Assembly: GCF_036588685.1 (NCBI RefSeq) | Contig: NW_026963309.1 | Location: forward strand, 620,001-684,000 | Length of the DNA: 64,000 bases | Direction of reading: 5' to 3' | From: Mytilus trossulus | Lineage: Eukaryota | Part shown: piece after piece, positions 24,930 through 37,605 of the stretch | Layout of the letters: the number at the start of each line of letters is the position of its first letter | Position numbering within the stretch: the stretch's first letter is position 1 | The notes under the pieces: generated by a model | Seen by the model: the letters and a program-made list of their open reading frames with translations, nothing else | The model's database searches: none | Told to the model about the DNA's origin: nothing | Program-made: the position numbers and the translations under genes

Positions 24930-25659
24930 GAATATGATACTAGGTGGTTTTGTCACCTTCATAAACATTTGCAATATCTACTGAAGAGTCCCGAGTACAA
25001 CTGGTTATTCATTCATACATAAAATTATGGACGAAACGCATAAGGCTAACTAGACCATACCCGCGACATGTCGCGGATCCTTGACTGAATTAAAGAACCT
25101 ACCCCTTAGTTTTAGCCTGGATTTTTAGAATTCGTATTTTCATTTGGTAAAGTCACGCTGATTATAAGATGCATAGATATTCCCTGTATAATGACGAATT
25201 TCAGGTGTGATTATTACCCGTGTTTATAGCAATTCTTCAATACACAATTTGGTTGTGAGCCTGACAGAGGCGGAATGTACAGATCATGTACAGGGATCAG
25301 GTAATTTTGTGAAATATACTATTGGAATCGGTATCTGATTCGACCCGCGACTTTTTAATTATTGGTAATGTTAATTATGTGGAAAACAAAAGGGCCTGAA
25401 ATGGTGTAATTTTTAATCTACACCATTGTCATATATTATTTATATATAAAGTTAAATTCTTCGTTCAGTACGTCGACTGAGCATGCGAAAGGCTATAAGA
25501 CACGGATCGATAACGGTCTCCGAATTTAGATATTTTCTCAAAAATTGTCATTTTCTGTGGGAAAAAAGACTGTTTCAAAAACAAATTTAGGAATTACAAA
25601 ACATTACATTTATACGTCATATCACAAATATTTCTGACTTTGTATGGTTTCAGAGGAGT

Positions 25660-26290
25660 TTTTAGATAATAAGGACATACTATGTAGATGTGCATATTGA
25701 CAGGAAATTATGATTCAATTTTGTTTAGGAGTTGCGCCCACTTGAACTTATTTGCCCCAATATACTATTGCAACAGTTTGTCATCGCAACTCCTCAGAAA
25801 CCACACAACAGAATTTCATGAAACCTCTTTAGACATTAAGGACATACTATGTAGATGTGCATATGGACAGGAAATTATGATTAAATGTTTTTTCTAGGAG
25901 TTATGCCCCTTTGAACTTATTTGCACCAATATACTACTGCAACAGTTTGTCATCTCAACTCCTCTGAAATCACACAACAGAATTTCATGAAACTTTGTAG
26001 ATAATAAGGACATACTATGTAGATGAACATATCGACAGGGAATTATGATTCCAATTTTTTTTCTATGAGTTTTTCCCCTTTGAACTTATTTGCCTCAATA
26101 TACTAATGCAATAGTTTGTCATCAAAATTCCTCTGAAACATCACAACAGAATTTCATGAAACTTTTTAGATAATATGGACATACTATGTGGATGTGCTTA
26201 TTGACAGGAAATTATGATTCATTTTTTTATTTGTCCAGTGACAATGTAGGGGCGTGGGGTATGTGAGCGCGCTCACTAAGGTTCTTTAAT
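25660..26290. repeat. ~165-bp tandem satellite-like units of a Helentron-type element fragment
   Basis: Four recurrences of aggacatactatgtagatg...acaggaaattatgatt; terminal palindrome GTGAGCGCGCTCAC. Confidence 0.65.
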
Positions 26291-28085
26291 TTGTGTTGAT
26301 GTTAATTGACGGATTACAGAACCGTTTGTTTTTATACCATGACCAAAACAAAACTGCATCCTACAAGTTTCATTTATATTTCAATCCATATAACAAAAAC
26401 ATTGAAACAAGAATAATTCTGCAAAGCCTTTTCAAATTTTTTTATAGTCTGCACAATTTGTAATAATCTATTTAGAGAAATTAAGAATCATAACAAATAA
26501 ATTTGATATACCATGTTATTAAAATTATTTCATTCTGGTAAATGTGTCTTTTATCATGTTTATATAACTTCAATCAGGCCATGGAGAATCTAAGATAAAG
26601 ACAATTTCAAAGAAAGAATTAAAACAATCTAATTAAAATATTGATCTCTGATTACAATATTTTAATTAGATTGGAATTAAAATATATGTGAGATAAAACA
26701 GAAGTGTACTTTCTTGCTCTGACATCTAGCCCCATGTGCATGCCAGGTATTATCATCACTTTTAACTATTAGACATTTAAGAAACAATGTCGAACATGTA
26801 TAGGGAATCTTTCACTAATAATACTGGGATGATCCTTGACGAGTGTTCCAAGTAAGAAATGCACACCACAATGGACATAATTAGAACCATACGAGAAGAA
26901 CATACATACAGGTTCTTATAAACCATCTTGCATATCAAAATTACTTATAATTTAGAAATGCAGCTTATGTGTTCCTCTACAAATTTTAGTATTTTTGTTG
27001 CAAAGAAGTGGATCTCATTTTAACAGAATCATTTGGTAATCCATATATTGTGTACAAAAAGTGTCTCCTCCAACTCAAAGATAATCTTGAACATAAAACC
27101 CAATTGACATACAATTTATTTTCACACAATATCAACTATTGTCATTATCCGGAAAAAACTCTAATCCGAAGGATTTGGTTAACTTTTATAAAAAGTCAAA
27201 ATTTTATTAACAAAAATATAACTTATTTACAGAAAATACACGAAAGAAATACTATACATATTCAAATCACTCAAAAATAAATTAACGTCTCTTACAAAAT
27301 CTACATAATCACATCGAAACTATCAAATTGATTGTGAAGGAAAAAATAAATGGTGGAGCTGATTGACGGATAGGAAATTTCCGTAATTTAAAAAAGGTAC
27401 AAATGATGTTTTTATTTCAGAGTTTTTGACAAAATAGTTTTGAATTTGCCCAACAAACTTTGCATGCAGTATCGCAATGATATGTTTTGTCATCTCAAAT
27501 GTCGAATACAGTTTTTGATTCATATGTTTTCTCGTTTTCAAAGAAAAACGCGTTAAATTTCTATCTAAAAAAAACAGCCAACTTCATGTTCTTTCATGTC
27601 TTACTTTGATATGGTATATTTCTGTCTTCATTATTCCGATGATCCTTAATGATATGTGCATAGAAAATATTTACGAAAATAGCGGGAAATTTAACCAAAA
27701 AAAAAATGTTTGGATTTTAAGGTAACTCAGTACCCAAAACCGTAAATTGAGAGGTACCCCATTAAAGGAATAAAATACAAAAATGTGACCATAGAAACTT
27801 TTTACGACCCGACGGAAATTAAAATATAGATATAATTTTTTCATTTAAAACAATTTGCAGTCGTATGTTATTCCGGACCATTAAACTCGTTAACTAAGCG
27901 TCTTTTTCGATGTCAGTTGCAGTACTATGTCCTCAAAAATAGTTAACACACGATATAAAAATTATGACATTTATAATTAGTATGTGTTCTCGTGAGTCTA
28001 TTTTAATTACAAAATTTAGAATGAACCTTTTCAAAGGGATATTTTTCTGCTAATGCAAGAGTATCACAAAATGCAGTAAATTATA

Positions 28086-29135
28086 CATTTTGTGATACTC
28101 TTGCATTAGCAGAAAAATGTCCGTTTGAAAAGGTTCATTCTAAATTTTGTAAAGCAGTATTAGGACTGAGAAAGACAGCCACTAACATAGGTGCTAGATC
28201 AGAACTAGGTAGATTTACTTTGGACTCCTATATATAAAAACTCAAACACTCAAGTATTTTTATAGAATAAAGTGTAATGATATAAATCCCCTGGTTAAAG
28301 AATCTCTACAAACAAACATAAATTTACATTCAGAAGGAATTTATTCTTGGTACTCATTTGCAGATAAAATTTTTAAAGAAATGAAAATAAACCCAGAAAA
28401 TTACTCTAATAATAATGTACCTTTTAAACAATCAAAAAACATGTTAAAATGTTATATAAAACAGTGTGTTTCAGAGGAATATGAAAAAAAATACTTTAAT
28501 TAAACTTTCAAAAATGGATTCCTCATCCAAACTTTGTCTTTATGGGAAATTAAAAAATAATTGTCAGTCTGATGAATATTTAAATTGCAATAATTTTATA
28601 CATAGGCAGTTACTCTCTACATTTAGACTAAGTGATCATTCCCTAGACATTGAATTAGGAAGGTACAGAAACATTCCAAGAGCACAAAGATTATGTAAAA
28701 AATGTGAAGTCCTAGATGATAAATTTCATTTCTTTTTGTATTGTGACATTAACATATCTTTGCGTTCTAATCTGTTTGCTTATCTAACAGACTATGTACC
28801 ATTATTTCAACATCTTGATGCATTCAATAAACTTAAACACATTCTAAACCCCATCCCTGAACTTGTTTGTCATATTGGAGTCTTCATTAAACCGAGTCTT
28901 TAGAACTGGGGGAGTCAGACGGCCGTGTCAGGCAAGGTTATGATGGTGTTGTTTTTTTACATACATTTATAATTGAACTCTAATGTTCTATTATTCTATA
29001 TATTGTATTGTATTATTTTGTATTTCATTGTATTACATTGTATTTTATTGTATTGCATTGTATAGTATAAAATTATTGTTTGATTGTATTGCTTGACCCT
29101 CATGGGTGTAGTTTTGCAATAAAGATTACATTATT
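28086..29135 (+). mobile_element. 5'-truncated LINE (ORF2 C-terminus) with (ATTGT)n-like 3' region
   Basis: FEKVHSKFCKAVLGL...GARSELGR, FRLSDHSLDIELGRY...RLCKKCEVLDDKFHFFLYC, with frameshifts. Confidence 0.8.
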
Positions 29136-29677
29136 TTAATTACAACTCTTACTCTCTTACTGGACTCTTAACCAAATGCAAGTCCAGTATATATATTTAT
29201 GCTCTTACAATAACACAATCTTTAATGGATGAATATATAAAAAGTCTTATGTCTTCAGATGAAAACAATCCTGTTTTTGTGGTTTATCCCTAGTACTAGC
29301 ATTCGTCTCAACTCGGCCGATTCCGTATCCTCATCTAAGATAGAAGCCGGAAAGTAACGGATTCTACCGAGGATAGCCGAATGTCACCAGTAGTTATTCT
29401 ACTATGTTTCTTTTTAAGATGATTCACCACTTTCAATAAATCCTTTACCACATACATCACATTCAGGAGGTTTAATCGTATGTATGTGTTCTCATTTTTG
29501 ACTCCTAGGAGTCGATATTAAGAATTGAACGATGGACACTTAGGAAGTGAATTTTTCTTGCGACCTGATTGGAAGATATCACGAGACGTGCATAATCAAA
29601 ATTTATTGATTGGTTAGGACAATCCAAACCTAGTAAATGTTCTTCAATCCCGTAGAGTGTCGGATTTGTCTATTTTA

Positions 29678-29995
29678 TAGTCCGAGTTTACTCTGACGTC
29701 CGACGGCTGTTTAGCCAGATAAGCTGGGGCTCCTTAAAAAATGTTAAAATATAGAAAATTAAAGGTTTGGCAGGTAGGTGAAACTTACATAAATGAAGAG
29801 ATAAATGAAAACTGAAGAGATTGATGACAGATTTATATAATTCCAAGGCCCTCAGTCGGCTCCAGAAACAAGGAAGTAGCGCATCTATTTTGGGTGGGCA
29901 AATATCCACTTTTTGATATGGGACAAGCTCTGACGTCCCACGGCCCCAGCTTGTCTGGCTAAACAGCCGTAGGACGTCAGAGTAATCTCGGACTA
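29678..29995. mobile_element. hAT-like MITE with 8-bp TSD
   Basis: About 50-bp TIR TAGTCCGAGTTTACTCTGACGTCC / GGACGTCAGAGTAATCTCGGACTA; TSD CTATTTTA; absent at ~8305 and ~41395. Confidence 0.8.
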
Positions 29996-30104
29996 CTATT
30001 TTAGCGATTAGATTTTTTTTCCATTTTCATCAGCTAAGAGTCGAATATAGCACTTTTTGAAAGGCTATCGCTTGTGTGAATTTGTGAATAACGCAGAGTT
30101 AACC

Positions 30105-31832
30105 TTATAAATCCCAGTCACGTGGTTTATCAGTATTATCATCAACTGTATGTGTTCTCATGTGAACCTGTAAAATGTCAGGCCGACTAAAAACTTTACC
30201 ACATACATCACAGTCATAAGGATTATCACCTGTATGTATTCTCTTGTGAGTCTTTAAATTACCTTGCACACTAAATCCTTTACCACATACATCACAGACA
30301 TAAGGTTTATCACCTGTATGTATTATCATGTGTCTTTGTAAATTATGATGGCTTCTCAATCCTTTACCACATATATCACAATAATGAAGTGAAGCACCTG
30401 AATGGGTTCTGGCGTGTCTCAGTAAAGTATAATGATGACCAAACCCTTTACCACATACATCACATTTATGAAGTTTTTCGCCAGTGTGTGTTACCATGTG
30501 TCTCTTTACGTCACCAGCCGCACTAAACCTTTTACCACATACATCACAGTCATAAGGTTTATCACCTTTATGTATTCTCTTGTGTGTCTTTAAATTATCT
30601 TGCGCACTAAATCCTTTACCACATACATCACAGTCATAAGGTTTGTCACCTGTATGTGTTCTCATGTGTCGCTGTAAATTACTAGACGTATTAAACCCTT
30701 TCTCACACACATCACATTTATGGCGTTTTTCGCTAGTGTGTGATGCCATGTGTCTCTTCACGTCATTACCATGCTTAAACCTTTTACCACATACATCACA
30801 GTCATAGAGTTTATCACCTGTATGTATTCTCATGTGTGTCTTTAAATTACCTTGCTCAATAAATCCTTTACCACATACATCACAGCCATGAGGTTTGTCG
30901 CCTGTATGTGTTCTCATGTGTCTACGTAAATGACTGAGTCGGCTAAACCCTTTACCACATACATCACAATCATGAGGTTTATCTTTAGTATGTGCTCTCT
31001 CGTTTATATCACTCTTATGTATTCTCATGTGAGTCTTTAAATAACCTTGTTCACTAAATCCTTTACCACATACACCACAGTCATAAGGTTTGTCGCCTGT
31101 GTGTGTTCTCATGTGTCTCTGCAAACTACTAAGCCGACTAAAACCTCTACCACATACATCACAGCCATGAGGTTTGTCGCCTGTATGTGTTCTCATGTGT
31201 CTACGTAAATGACTGAGTCGGCTAAACCCTTTTCCACATACATCACAATCATGAGGTTTATCTTTAGTATGTGTTCTCTCGTGTATTTTTAGGTTATAAC
31301 CTCGAAAAAATTCTCTATGACAAAAATCACATTTGTGACGTTTTCCATCAGTATGTGTTTTCATGTGTCTCTGTAAGTAGCCACTGTGACTAAATTCTCG
31401 AGCACAAACATCACATTTATGAAGCCTATTACCATCCTCTGTTCTTATTTGTCCCTGTTGAGTACCATTAATTGTGACTAAATCCTCTGTTCTTATTTGT
31501 CCCTGTTGAGTACCATTAATTGTGACTAAATCATCTGTTCTTATTTGTCCCTGTTGAGTACCATTGATTGTGACTAAATCCTCTGTTCTTATTTGTCCCT
31601 GTTGAGTACCATTAATTGTGACTAAATCCTCTGTTCTTATTTGTCCCTGTTGAGTACCATTAGTTGTGACTAAATCATCTGTTCTTATTTGTCCCTGTTG
31701 AGTATCATTAATTGGGACTAAATCATCTACCTCGTACATCCTATTAATAAGGTTGACCTCTAGTAAATGTGTTTGTTCTTGTACGTCTCTGTAAGTAAAA
31801 AATGAAGACTTAAGTATATGTTTTGTAGACAT
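30105..31832 (-). CDS. Tandem C2H2 zinc-finger protein, paralogue 3 (6 x 16-aa repeat + 15 fingers)
   Basis: 575-aa intact ORF, same architecture as paralogue 2. Confidence 0.93.
   Translation of the reverse strand: MSTKHILKSSFFTYRDVQEQTHLLEVNLINRMYEVDDLVPINDTQQGQIRTDDLVTTNGTQQGQIRTEDLVTINGTQQGQIRTEDLVTINGTQQGQIRTDDLVTINGTQQGQIRTEDLVTINGTQQGQIRTEDGNRLHKCDVCAREFSHSGYLQRHMKTHTDGKRHKCDFCHREFFRGYNLKIHERTHTKDKPHDCDVCGKGFSRLSHLRRHMRTHTGDKPHGCDVCGRGFSRLSSLQRHMRTHTGDKPYDCGVCGKGFSEQGYLKTHMRIHKSDINERAHTKDKPHDCDVCGKGFSRLSHLRRHMRTHTGDKPHGCDVCGKGFIEQGNLKTHMRIHTGDKLYDCDVCGKRFKHGNDVKRHMASHTSEKRHKCDVCEKGFNTSSNLQRHMRTHTGDKPYDCDVCGKGFSAQDNLKTHKRIHKGDKPYDCDVCGKRFSAAGDVKRHMVTHTGEKLHKCDVCGKGFGHHYTLLRHARTHSGASLHYCDICGKGLRSHHNLQRHMIIHTGDKPYVCDVCGKGFSVQGNLKTHKRIHTGDNPYDCDVCGKVFSRPDILQVHMRTHTVDDNTDKPRDWDL
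31440..31727 (-). repeat. 48-bp coding minisatellite, 6 copies
   Basis: Six 16-aa units in the translation. Confidence 0.9.
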
Positions 31833-34224
31833 TGTTTAGGTGCAAAAATAAAGAGATCTTCATGTTCTAGACGCTGTATGAATGTAAATAAGTAAGTAAG
31901 TAAATTTTATTTAGAGTCGGCATATATATTCATTTTTTATACATGATAACAGTGAAAACATGAGCTCTGGTGAGCTCTTTATTAACCGACTATATGTGTA
32001 CAAATTAAACTATTATAATGCGGCTGAGTTGTTATCTAATGTTTCGTAGCATTTTGTTCCTGTAAGACCCAAAAATGCAGTTAATAAAAAAGAATCTAGA
32101 CTTTATGTTCTTTTCGTGTATCTAACTTTTGTTTTGGTAAATTATAAATTACTTATTGAAATATCAGGTAACAAACCCGCATTAATTGCTTGGACAAATG
32201 AAATATCAACTTGGACAAAATGGCTACCGCTTGAAAAACGATTGTGTAGAGATGGTTTTATAGAATCTACAATTTTTGAACTCACGGACAATGAGGCAAA
32301 TGTGTGTTCTTTCGGTAAATGTTATAAATATCTCACATTTTTAGGCATTTTTAGTTATGTCTACTTATAAAACTACCTTTTAGCCGTTAAATCAACGAAA
32401 AACGTCATTAGACATTTTTCTTATTCCAGCTTAATATGAAACCATGCACCGAGTCAAACGAAATTCGACGAAAGAACGACTTTAAATCAACCAAGAACTG
32501 CCACACTGCATTGCTTCTGTTAAGTTACGGGAAGATCAGAGAAATAGGATCACTATACATAAGAGTAAAAACAGTTGATAAAAAATGTAACGTTGGACGT
32601 ACGTTTTTTTTTATAAAGCTTTGTTGTTTTAATCTTCAAATATACTAGATATTATTAAGCATATGACCAAGAGCTATAAGAACATAAAGGAAAACATATA
32701 CTGAATTAGTTTTACTAGTGGTTAGTGTTTGTTAACATTTTCTTTTGTTTTGCAGAGGAAATTTCGAAGAAGTTCTGTTTTTAAATCATAGGGGCTGTGT
32801 CAACGTATATTTGTTCCACCTAACAGAAGTTCCAGTGGAAACTTTATTATAAACAATGTCATAATACCTGTACCTGATGAAACAAATATTCCATACTATG
32901 TATTCAGTTAGGAACATCTACTGTAATATTTATTCCGGTGGAAGTAATATTCCAGAATATTTTTTTTCCATTTGGAACTTACTTTATGAAGGAACTCTAT
33001 TCCGTGACAGTTGTAGGAACAGCGTGCGTTAGAGCAAGAAAGAATTCTTCTTTTGTTAATTATACTCAATTTTGTAAATTAACTCATAGATAAATAAGAG
33101 TCCACCTGACCTGGAAAAGCAAAATAAGTGTTGTAGATATGGACTTAGAATTAAGAATTGAATTGTTTCTTTGTCGTAAAAAATGTTATAACAATGAATT
33201 TGCGCAAAGATATGAAGAGGTACATGACAACAAAATATCATTTCATCATCAAAACAGAAAAGTCCTAAAATAAAACCAAAAGAACTGAATATAAAGAATG
33301 ATATTTGTCATGTGCAACAAAGAAGGCTGTTGGTGCTTGATTTGGTCCTCAAAGTTTATCTTTAAAATCATAAGAAAAACATTTAAGTCTTAATTAAAGA
33401 CACCAATCACAGGAACTGGTTGTTGTTTTAAACGTAGATTCAATACACTTACGTTTTATCATTTAAAGTGAGTTTCTCGTGCAATATTCGTTTTACAGTT
33501 AAAATGACTCCTCCGTGTGTCTGTGTGTCATTTTATTAATATGATAGCCATTCCAAGCTGACAAAGAATAATACATTATGAGGTACTCCTTCGTTGGAGG
33601 AATATTCGTGTTAAATTTACAATTATGACTCCTACCTGCCAACTGTATCTATGTGTTTGTTGAATGTGTTTTTTACTAACATCCATAGCTTTATTTATAC
33701 TGTATGTTGAAAACTAACAAAACTCAATAGCATGACAAATTTTTAGCAATACTCTAACTAAAACACATGTATAACCCGTAGTCATAATTGAAAATCACAT
33801 CATTAATTAATATGAAATTGTATTACTCATATTGTTTCATTCTTGCATATTTCCCTTTAACTTATTTTTCACACCTTGTATATGAATTAAAAATTGGATA
33901 TCGTGTTTTTATTCCAGATAAATAGATCACATCTTTGATTATTATTATAATTATAGTCTGAATTATATCCCCGTAAGCATTATATCTGAAGCTATAGGAA
34001 TATTTAAAAAAATATCTATAGACAATAGACAATAATTATTTGTACAAAAACATTTACAATGGTTATGGCATACACGCATACACCATTGAGATAATAAACT
34101 GGCAATCATTAGATTTACTGTAATTAAAGATCATTAAATGAGAGTGACATGCATGTAGAGGTAGTCACACAGAAAAAAGAGACTATAAAAACATGTGTGT
34201 ATCTAGAGTTAACTCACCATCAAT

Positions 34225-34430
34225 GAGGGTCTGGATGGGGGGGGGGGGGGGGTGTTTATCTGTAAACATTTAATTTTCACCCCTTTTTTCTCTACTCATG
34301 GAAAAAATTAACCACTTTTTTCTCTACTATTTAACAAATTAACCCCCTTTTTCTCGAATCTTCATTTTTTTTTGGCCGTTATTCTGTAATCTTCATTATT
34401 CTTTAATCATTTAACCCCATCCAAACCCTC
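34225..34430. mobile_element. Duplicate of the 15437 MITE, perfect 6-bp TSD ATCAAT
   Basis: Same TIRs; ATCAAT at 34219-34224 and 34431-34436. Confidence 0.75.
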
Positions 34431-35459
34431 ATCAATGTTCATGAACAAAATAATAAACTAAAAAAATAGTATACATATCAAAAATTCTCACTAAGTAGAG
34501 GCCCCCTTAAGGTACGGTCATTGTTTATCAGCTGAAAATGTTCATTTTTTCACACATAATGACCCCCCCCCCCCCCCTTCTTACCCTTTACACATATTAG
34601 TTTCAAAACTTTGACCCCCAAACAAAAATCTCTGTCGATTGTAAGAAGAAATTCTCACTTTAGTAGGATATTTCCCAGATCCCAGATAACATGGATAAGG
34701 GGTATGTAGAAGCTAAACTTGAAATAATTAACTTATATATGTTCTAAAGAGCAACAAAAACGGTGTGCAAGAGGATATTAAGATCTTTTGATTTTTCCGG
34801 AGGATGATTTTGAAAATGAATATCATATCCACATGTCCACTGAATAAAATAAGCATAACAGATGAAAATGAATATTCAATTTGGAAAATATTACTTCTGG
34901 TCCCCCATATTATCGAATGGTCATCTAAGCCAAATAATTATGACGTCTTGACCATGTTGAATTAAGGCTATCTTACTTTTTTCCTGTGACACGTTCCTTT
35001 GGACTAACGGTTATCTTATTATTTTTCAATTTGTAAGCTATCTTATTTTTTTCTGCAACACCTTGCTTTCAAGCGGCACTAATGGTCATCTAATTATTTG
35101 TCAATTTGTTATACCTTACATAAATGGGGAGACCTGCAATTACTTCACAATTTATAGGCTGTTTTGAAACATTTCACAGTACTTGCATTTGTTGAATCAG
35201 ATGAATTACTACATTTTTACTAGGCATAATTTTAGTTGTACATGAGTACTGTCACCAGACTTTGACTCTATAAAAGAAAACTGGGAGAGTTAAATAGATT
35301 AGCTTCTGCATCTGACATGTCTGATACATCCATTTCATTTGAATGTCTTTTTTTCGAGAGTAAAATACATAAAACTCTGTATAAAATCATCAATACCTCT
35401 CTCTCTCTCTATCTTCATATATCTAGATTTTTTGTGCATCCACGCAAGTGTGTCCACAC

Positions 35460-37605
35460 CAGCCTCGTGTATATACATGCACCACAGAGAGTCAAATCGT
35501 TAACAAGCATACCACTGCCACTGCCCCGCTTAAAGCATCTTCCGAACATTTAAAAGTCCCTACCATGTACTGGTTACCGAAATTACACAAAAAAACATTT
35601 AAATTCCGTTTCATCTCCGCTTCGAGTAAGTGTTCTACTACTAATCTATCATTGCTTCTAACCACCTCCCTTACTACTATCAAAGAACTGGTTATTAACT
35701 TTTGTAATAAAGCTTATGAAAATAATGGTATTAATTATTTTTGGAGTGTAAAAAATTCTTTAGAGGTTTTAGATAAAATACATGCTTTCAATGGTCCTTA
35801 CAATTCTGTTGACAGTTATGATTTTTCTTCTCTGTAAACTACACTTCCACACAATCTTAATATAAAAAAAAAGTTTTTGTGTTTGATAAAATGGTTTTTC
35901 GAAAAATCTCATTGTAATTTTATTTGCTGTAACTCGTTTAAGGCCTTTTTCTGTAACGAAAAAGGAAAGTATGCTAGATACACTTACTGGAAATGTGAGG
36001 ATATGATTGAAGCTTTAAACTTTCTGCTTGATAACATTTATGTACGTTTCGGCGATAAAGTGTATCGTCAGGTAGTATGTATTCCTATGGGCACCAACGG
36101 TGCCCCTTTAATAGCAGATTTATTTCTATATTGCTATGAATCTCAGTTTATGACCAAACTCAGTAAAGACCCATCATTGTTACATTTGGTTGATACATTC
36201 AAAAATACCTACCGTTATCTGGATGATATTTTTTCGTTGAATAATCCAGAGTTCTCTAAATATACTTCAGAAATTTACCCAAACGAACTTACTTTAACTA
36301 AATCTAACATAAACAGCAGCAGTTGTCCTTTTCTAGATTTAGACATTTCAATTTCAAACGGGAAACTTCACACTAAAATTTACGACAAAAGAGACGATTT
36401 TTCATTTCCTTTTGTTAATTTTCCTTTTTTAGACGGCGATGTGCCTTTGGTTCCATCATACGGTGTTTATATATCGCAACTCGTTCGGTTTGCCCGTGTG
36501 TGTTCTGATGTCATAGATTTTAACGAACGTAATGAATGCATCACTGGTAAATTGTTGTGTCAGGGATTTCGATACCATAAATTACTTAAAACTTTTACTA
36601 AATTCTTTCATAGATACAAAGATTTGATTAGTAAATTTGGCTATACCTGTAGAAAGCTTATTAAAAATGGTATTTCACATCCTAAATTTTATGGTAATAT
36701 TGTACTTAAAGCGAGGAAATCACTATGTGATCCTTGTAAACTCATCGAACCTTTAAACAAACTTATAAGTAAGGGTTATCGTACCAATATTGTAATTAGA
36801 TCTCTGAATATATTTCACAGTATATGTCAGTAACTGCGAGTACTCTCAAATCGTATTTTCTTGTTAATTCGACCTGTTGATACTGTTTTATAATGCTTTT
36901 TTGTTATTTTTTCTATTTATATGGATCTTGTCTGTACACCAGCTTTGATTATTTGTAATATCTTCAATTTTTCACTTATTCTTACAACATTTGTAAAAAC
37001 TTCAAGATTATAAAAAAACGGTTTTTTTTCTAAAGTGAACTTTGATTGGTTAAATATTTCTCAGTTTTGTCCTGTGTTTGAATTTGTTTGTTAGCGTTTT
37101 GGTCATGAATGTTTGTCTCTAATATTTAATTAACTGTGCATTTGTATTCAGATATCGCAGATCAAATTTATTCGTTCATTGTGTAATCATACGTTTTTTT
37201 ATTGAGTTAAGTCTGCCAATTGATATTTTATCGTATGTTTTTCTATGTTGTGATGTTATGCTATTGTTTCAGAAAGAGGGAGAAGGTTTGGATCCATTAA
37301 AACGTTTAATCCCGCTGCAAATGTTTGCACCTGTCCTAAGTCAGGAATCTGATGTACAATAGTTGTCGTTTGTTTATGTAATATATACGTGTTTCTCGTT
37401 TCTCGTTTTGTTTATATAGATTAGACCGTTGGTTTCCCCGTTTGAATGGTTTTACACTAGTAATTTTTGGGGCCCTTTATAGCTTGTTGTTCGGTGTGAG
37501 CCAAGGCTCCGTGTTGAAGGCCGTACTTTAACCTTTAATGGTTTACTTTTTAAATTGTTATTTGGATGGAGAGTTGTCTCATTGGCACTCACACCACATC
37601 TTCCT
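35460..37605 (+). mobile_element. Duplicate 5'-truncated Penelope-like retroelement (RT pseudogene)
   Basis: ORFs 35448-35837 and 35877-36833 carry the same RT motifs and the same TAA nonsense codon. Confidence 0.85.

Larger units (their letters stand above)
13764..29200. repeat. Segmental duplication unit homologous to ~31833-40930
   Basis: Collinear shared MITE, PLE, purine tract, LINE and unique spacers, differing by insertions and deletions. Confidence 0.9.

Noticed and set aside
32116-32648. Short plus-strand ORFs repeated at 43432-43973 (likewise 1817/14660)
   Set aside because: Repeated only because of recent duplication; disrupted in other copies and lacking recognisable domains.
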